A stretch of DNA of 64,000 nt from Candidatus Sericytochromatia bacterium (GTDB lineage Bacteria; Cyanobacteriota; Sericytochromatia; S15B-MN24; JAQBPE01), in contig JBBAPZ010000005.1 of NCBI GenBank assembly GCA_040400605.1, forward strand, positions 1-64,000. The letters run 5' to 3'. Below the pieces are notes generated by a model. The model worked only from the letters and a program-made list of their open reading frames with translations. It ran no database searches and had not been told where the DNA came from. Positions 59,582 through 64,000 of this stretch are shown here, in pieces; position 1 is the first letter of the stretch, and each line of letters opens with the position of its first letter. Position numbers and translations under genes: made by a program.

Positions 59582-60802
59582 CTACCGCTTGCTTTGGACA
59601 GCGGCCAAGGCGTTGATGCGACCCGCACCAAAGTTCTTGTCGAAACCGGCCGTACCCAGATCATCAGCCGTTGCTTCAATCTGCTTGCGGATTTGGTCTG
59701 CGTTCATTTCCGGGAACTTGCTCTTGACCATCGCCGCCAAACCAGCCACGTGAGGCGTCGCCATCGACGTGCCGGACAATGCGCGGAACTTGCCATTCGG
59801 CATTGTGGACATAATGTTAGTACCAGGCGCGCTCACACTGATGTGCTTGCCGAAGTTGGAGAACGATGACCGCTCATCTTTAATGGTCGTCGCACCAACT
59901 GCCATGACACCAGGCGCTGACGCCGGGTAAGAAGGACGCTCGGAATTGTCATTGCCCATCGCGGCAACCACCAACGAACCCTTGCCAATCGCATACTTCA
60001 CAGCGTCTTCGATCACCTTGGAACCGGCAGGGCCACCCAAGCTCATACTGATGATTGGCGAGCCTTGATCAGCAGCATACGTGATGCCGGCCGCAACGCC
60101 TGAGTAAGATCCGGAGCCATTGGCTGCCAGGACCTTGACTGCCAACAATTCGACGTTAGGGGCAACACCGACGACGCCTCCATTGCCCAGCCCGGCGCCG
60201 ACCGTACCAGCACAGTGGGTACCGTGGGACTGGTCATCCATCGCATCCGCGTCATTGTTGATGAAGTCATAACCCTTCGCCACACGCCCACCGAAGTCCG
60301 GATGGTTGTAATCGATTCCTGTGTCAACAACAGCCACTTTGACGCGAGACCCGTCTGCAATCGCCCACGCTTCCGGCGCCTTGATCTTGGCCATGCCCCA
60401 GAGCTCGCCCAGCAACTCGTCCGACTGCGCACGCAACCCAAGGCTCAACATCGGTGACTGACCACCGGTAACCGCCTTCGCAATGTAATTAGGCTCGGCA
60501 TACAAAACGTTCGGATCCGCCTGCAAACCTTTCACAGTCGCCTTGACGTCGGAACACTTCACCACAACCGCATCCAGCGCCCCAACTTTCGAAATGGTAC
60601 GAAGACCCATCTTCTGCAACAACGACTGGCGAGCGGCCGCATTCTTGAATTTCACGACAGCTTCACCAGGAGCCGCTTGCGCAGCGAGCACACCGGAGCC
60701 AACCCCGGTCACGTTGTAAGATTGACTGCCACAGCCCGTTGCGACCAGCACGGTGAGTGCAGCCGAACTTGCCAGCAATGACTTGTTGATACCGTTCGCC
60801 AT
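59582..60802 (-). CDS. S8 subtilisin/thermitase-like serine protease, lipoprotein
   Basis: ATGC lipobox, prodomain, VDTG, HGTH, GTSMATPH. Confidence 0.96.
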   Translation of the reverse strand: MANGINKSLLASSAALTVLVATGCGSQSYNVTGVGSGVLAAQAAPGEAVVKFKNAAARQSLLQKMGLRTISKVGALDAVVVKCSDVKATVKGLQADPNVLYAEPNYIAKAVTGGQSPMLSLGLRAQSDELLGELWGMAKIKAPEAWAIADGSRVKVAVVDTGIDYNHPDFGGRVAKGYDFINNDADAMDDQSHGTHCAGTVGAGLGNGGVVGVAPNVELLAVKVLAANGSGSYSGVAAGITYAADQGSPIISMSLGGPAGSKVIEDAVKYAIGKGSLVVAAMGNDNSERPSYPASAPGVMAVGATTIKDERSSFSNFGKHISVSAPGTNIMSTMPNGKFRALSGTSMATPHVAGLAAMVKSKFPEMNADQIRKQIEATADDLGTAGFDKNFGAGRINALAAVQSKR

Positions 60803-60850
60803 GTGGTTGTTTACTCCTCATCCTTGTAGTAGTGTGTCGCCGAGTCTCGT

Positions 60851-60865
60851 TTAAGCTCAGGTTAA
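60851..60865. promoter_or_regulatory. TTAA-N7-TTAA box upstream of the subtilase
   Basis: TTAA-gctcagg-TTAA. Confidence 0.5.
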
Positions 60866-61235
60866 ACTTGCTGAAAATAATTTAACAACAACGATAACGA
60901 AAATACAAGAGGTAAAGTAAACATTAAGGGAAATTATTTTAAGCTTTATCACAGGGTCATTTGAAAATGGGGCATTGATCACCGCCCATCGATCAAGAAC
61001 CAGTGTTTTGCATTGGGTCTGTGCTGTTTCCCGTTAGGAAACGGCACTTGCAGTCATTTTTGCTCTGTCTGCAAGACCGTATGCGGATGGCGTCGCAGGA
61101 ATGGCGATTTATCCGTTATGTCCACTTATGTTAAAATAGGAAACGTTTGGGGTCTCGCAGAGCGAGTCCCGCGGTATTGGGTGTCATCAGGCTTTGAGGC
61201 AGCCAGACAGCTTGGACGGGATGGTTGGGAGCACG

Positions 61236-64000
61236 ATGCGATTCATGCGTGGAGACAGGCCGATACAGCGTTTAGCGTCGGCTTGTTTGGTTGTCGCAAT
61301 GTGTGGTGGGTGGGGACGGACGGAGGCTGCGCCGACCGTTGCGTCGGGATTGGCGACGCTTGAATGGTGGGCCCATCTCGATCGCCTGATCGAGCGCCAG
61401 GCTTACCCGGCCGCCATCGTTGAGTTGCAGCGACTGCGCGATCGTGCGACATCAATTGATGAACAACCGGATCGCGTGGCGTATTACCTGGGTATCGCAC
61501 AGCGACGCAGTGGATTGTTAAACGAAGCAATGCAGTCATTGTCTCAGGTACCTGGCACGAGCCGATGGCATGTACCGGCCTTGATGGAGACGGCGTTGCT
61601 CGCGAGAGAATCGGGTGAAGACGTTAAGTCCATCGAAATCTACGAACGTTTGCGGACGTTGACTGGCCTTGGGCAACAGCAGGCCATTCTTGCGAATCTG
61701 GCCGACCTCTATTTCGTGACGGGTCAATTTTCGAAGGCGTTGACGCACTACCGCGATTTGTCCGATGAGGGTGGGCCTTATCAGGAACGTGCGCTGTTTG
61801 CCTGGGGCTGGACCCTGTTGCGGATGGGGCAGGAAGAGGCTGCCATCAATGTCTGGAAGCAGGCGTTGGAGCGTTTTACCCGCAGTCGCCATGCGCAGGG
61901 GGTACGTTTGGGGCTTGGCAATCTGATGCTTGCACGTGGCGAGCATCTTGCTGCGAGCACTTATTATAACGAGGCCGCACGCGGTGGTGGTGTGGAAGGC
62001 AGCAAGCCGGATCTTGGTTTGATGTCACGTGCCGAATTGTTGGCGGGCGAAGCATATGCCGATTCACGTGATTATCGACTGGCGATCAGTCACTATCGGG
62101 CGGTTCCGGATGATGATGCACTGGCTGAGCCTGCCGGCTATGGAGAAGCTTTCAGCACTTGGCAACTCGGGGACCTGAAACAGGCCCAGAAGCTTTTTGC
62201 TGCTTGGATTGAACGCTTTCCACAGAGTCAGTATCGGGGCGCTGCTTATTATGCGATGGGAGCGATCGCGCGGGATCTCGGTCAGGCTGAGCGCGCCGTT
62301 ACGGATTGGCAAATGGTGACGTCGGTGGCGCCTGCTTCGCGTTACGCGGAGGACGCGAGGTATCAGTTGATCCTGCATGCCTTCCGGAATGGTCATCACG
62401 CCGACGCGATCTCATTGGGCCGGCAACTTGAGTTTAACCACCCCCAAGGTCGATGGCTGGGGCCTGTGCTGTGGGTGCGGGGTGAATCGTATGTCGCTTT
62501 GGGATTGTTTGAAGAAGCCGTTCAGGCTTACTCGCAACTTGCCAATATGGGCCGGCAGGCATTTGTGGCTGAACAACGGGATGACATTGAATTCAGGATC
62601 GGCATGGCTTATTTCTATGGCGGCAACTATGGTCAAGCCGCCCGTCGCTTGGCGGTGGTTGAGCGCGGCGCATTGGCGGCGCAGGCCCTGTTTTGGCAAG
62701 CTGAGGCACGTTACCGCCTTGGAGAGCTTGACACGGCACGCGCGCTGTATGCGGATCTGATCGCGAAACACGGCAATTTTGCGCGCATTCCCGAGGCTTA
62801 TTATGGCTTGGGTTGGGCGGCTTATCGGCTCAATGACCTGGAAGGGGCGCGGTCGGCCTTTGGCGAAGCGGCGCGACGCTTGAGTGATGGGCGCACCCGA
62901 CAGGATGCCAGTTTCCGGTTGGGGCTGGTGCTCTCTGATATGCGCGATTGGAGCGGTGCCCGGGAAGTATTCAATACGCTCCTGAAAAGTGCCCTGCCGC
63001 CGGATCTTGCGACGGAAGCGCGGTTTCAGGTTTGTTGGGGGCTTTATCGACAGGGACGTCTTGAAGAGGCGGCTAGCAGCTTTGCCGCTTTTGCTGCCAA
63101 TCATCCGGCCGATCGTTTGGCGCCCCAGGCCCTGATTTGGCAAGGGCGTTCACTCTTTCGTCTGAATCGCTATGCGGAATGCGTCGCGTCATTGCGGCAG
63201 GCTGTCGCGCACCCGCTCGTCACTGCTCCGCAGATCAACGAAGCCAAGGAGCAGTTGGCAGCCGCCCACTTCAATAACGGCCAATTTGAAGAGGCCAGGC
63301 GGGTGTATGAGCAGCTGCTTGAGATCGCGGACCTCCCCACTGAACGAACAGAGGCCTTGCACCAGGGGATTGTCAACACCCACCTGAAATCAGGCAATTA
63401 TCGGGCAGCCCGCCAAGCGCTCGTCAGACGGGAGACGTTGAGTCAGGAAGACGTTCAAACCCTGCTTGCCATTACGGATCATTTTGTCAACCGGGCGCAA
63501 TGGGACGATGTCGTTGAGACCTGTCGACTCTTCAAATTGCCCCCGCCGACCCTGAAACTGGCTGCCGGGCGCGCACTGAACGAGAAGCGTGCCTATGCTG
63601 ATGCCGTTCGTATTTTGGGTGACATGCGCGATGTTTCGGATCAGGAATTGCGGCCGAAAGTTTGGCATGAGTTATCACGGGCCTATCGCGGAGCCGGCGA
63701 TGTCGTGCGCGCGCGCGCACTGCTTCTTCAACTGGCCGAGGTTTACCCGACACAACCGCTCGCTTGGCAGGCGTTGCTGGAAGCGGCTGAGCTGTCAATG
63801 GCGCAAGGGGATCATTCCGCGGCTCAAGGCTATTACCGACGCGTGGCGGAAAATCGTGCGGTTGCGTTGGATACGCGGCGATTGGCTTGGATGGGACTGG
63901 GTGATTCGCAACGTCAGATCAAACAGTGGGGCCAAGCGCTTTTGGCCTATCGGGCTGCCAAGGGCCTTGGTGGCGCCGAATTACTGGGGCAGGCGATGGC
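61236..64000 (+). CDS. Large tetratricopeptide-repeat protein, probably exported; truncated by the window end
   Basis: Missing from the ORF track, consistent with no in-window stop. Manual translation MRFMRGDRPIQRLASACLVV... gives TPR units (AYYLG, ALFAWGW, ERFP, AYYGLGW). Confidence 0.88.
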   Translation, partial: MRFMRGDRPIQRLASACLVVAMCGGWGRTEAAPTVASGLATLEWWAHLDRLIERQAYPAAIVELQRLRDRATSIDEQPDRVAYYLGIAQRRSGLLNEAMQSLSQVPGTSRWHVPALMETALLARESGEDVKSIEIYERLRTLTGLGQQQAILANLADLYFVTGQFSKALTHYRDLSDEGGPYQERALFAWGWTLLRMGQEEAAINVWKQALERFTRSRHAQGVRLGLGNLMLARGEHLAASTYYNEAARGGGVEGSKPDLGLMSRAELLAGEAYADSRDYRLAISHYRAVPDDDALAEPAGYGEAFSTWQLGDLKQAQKLFAAWIERFPQSQYRGAAYYAMGAIARDLGQAERAVTDWQMVTSVAPASRYAEDARYQLILHAFRNGHHADAISLGRQLEFNHPQGRWLGPVLWVRGESYVALGLFEEAVQAYSQLANMGRQAFVAEQRDDIEFRIGMAYFYGGNYGQAARRLAVVERGALAAQALFWQAEARYRLGELDTARALYADLIAKHGNFARIPEAYYGLGWAAYRLNDLEGARSAFGEAARRLSDGRTRQDASFRLGLVLSDMRDWSGAREVFNTLLKSALPPDLATEARFQVCWGLYRQGRLEEAASSFAAFAANHPADRLAPQALIWQGRSLFRLNRYAECVASLRQAVAHPLVTAPQINEAKEQLAAAHFNNGQFEEARRVYEQLLEIADLPTERTEALHQGIVNTHLKSGNYRAARQALVRRETLSQEDVQTLLAITDHFVNRAQWDDVVETCRLFKLPPPTLKLAAGRALNEKRAYADAVRILGDMRDVSDQELRPKVWHELSRAYRGAGDVVRARALLLQLAEVYPTQPLAWQALLEAAELSMAQGDHSAAQGYYRRVAENRAVALDTRRLAWMGLGDSQRQIKQWGQALLAYRAAKGLGGAELLGQAM

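Noticed and set aside
61110..61140. dif-like TTATGTTAAA here and at 36132
   Set aside because: Only the XerD-like arm matches and there is no XerC arm ending in TAA. Better explained as extended -10 promoter elements
1..64000. G/T versus C/A strand bias as a replication origin or terminus
   Set aside because: By eye it follows gene orientation; a cumulative skew calculation would be needed
1..64000. CRISPR array, rRNA or IS elements
   Set aside because: No regular repeat-spacer units, rRNA signatures or transposase ORFs seen

Overview
Chromosomal window from a flagellated diderm Terrabacterium. The gene set (SLH-porin, crtE-DUF212, Ycf35, split cytochrome b6/subunit IV, FliW-CsrA) fits a non-photosynthetic cyanobacterial relative such as Sericytochromatia or Melainabacteria; this is inference. 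Main contents: three oversized PilV/W/X-like minor pilins (0.3-6 kb); an orphan ParM/StbA-like actin followed by a long coiled-coil protein and a lytic transglycosylase, directly ahead of a flagellar cluster (flgF, flgG, flgJ, yvyF-like, flgMNKL, fliW, csrA, flhF, flhG; no flgAHI); a housekeeping operon (crtE, DUF212, tlyA, nadK, lpd-like, acs); smpB; tRNA-Gln; alr; a cytochrome b6 plus subunit IV-cytochrome c pair without a Rieske gene; a HIRAN plus kinase pair; rlpA; GH2 and GH1 hydrolases; an orphan ParB-like gene; ABC transporters; a DEAD-box helicase; a subtilase; and a TPR gene cut by the window end. Best leads: (1) the actin/coiled-coil module as a possible cytoskeletal system linked to flagella; (2) a degenerate ~100-bp repeat family, mostly between convergent genes; (3) a 41-bp element shared upstream of the pilin cluster and an AMIN gene; (4) TTAA-N7-TTAA boxes, two of which link a subtilase to a stand-alone propeptide lipoprotein. 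No CRISPR array, rRNA, transposase or integrase was seen. All alignments and counts were done by eye.
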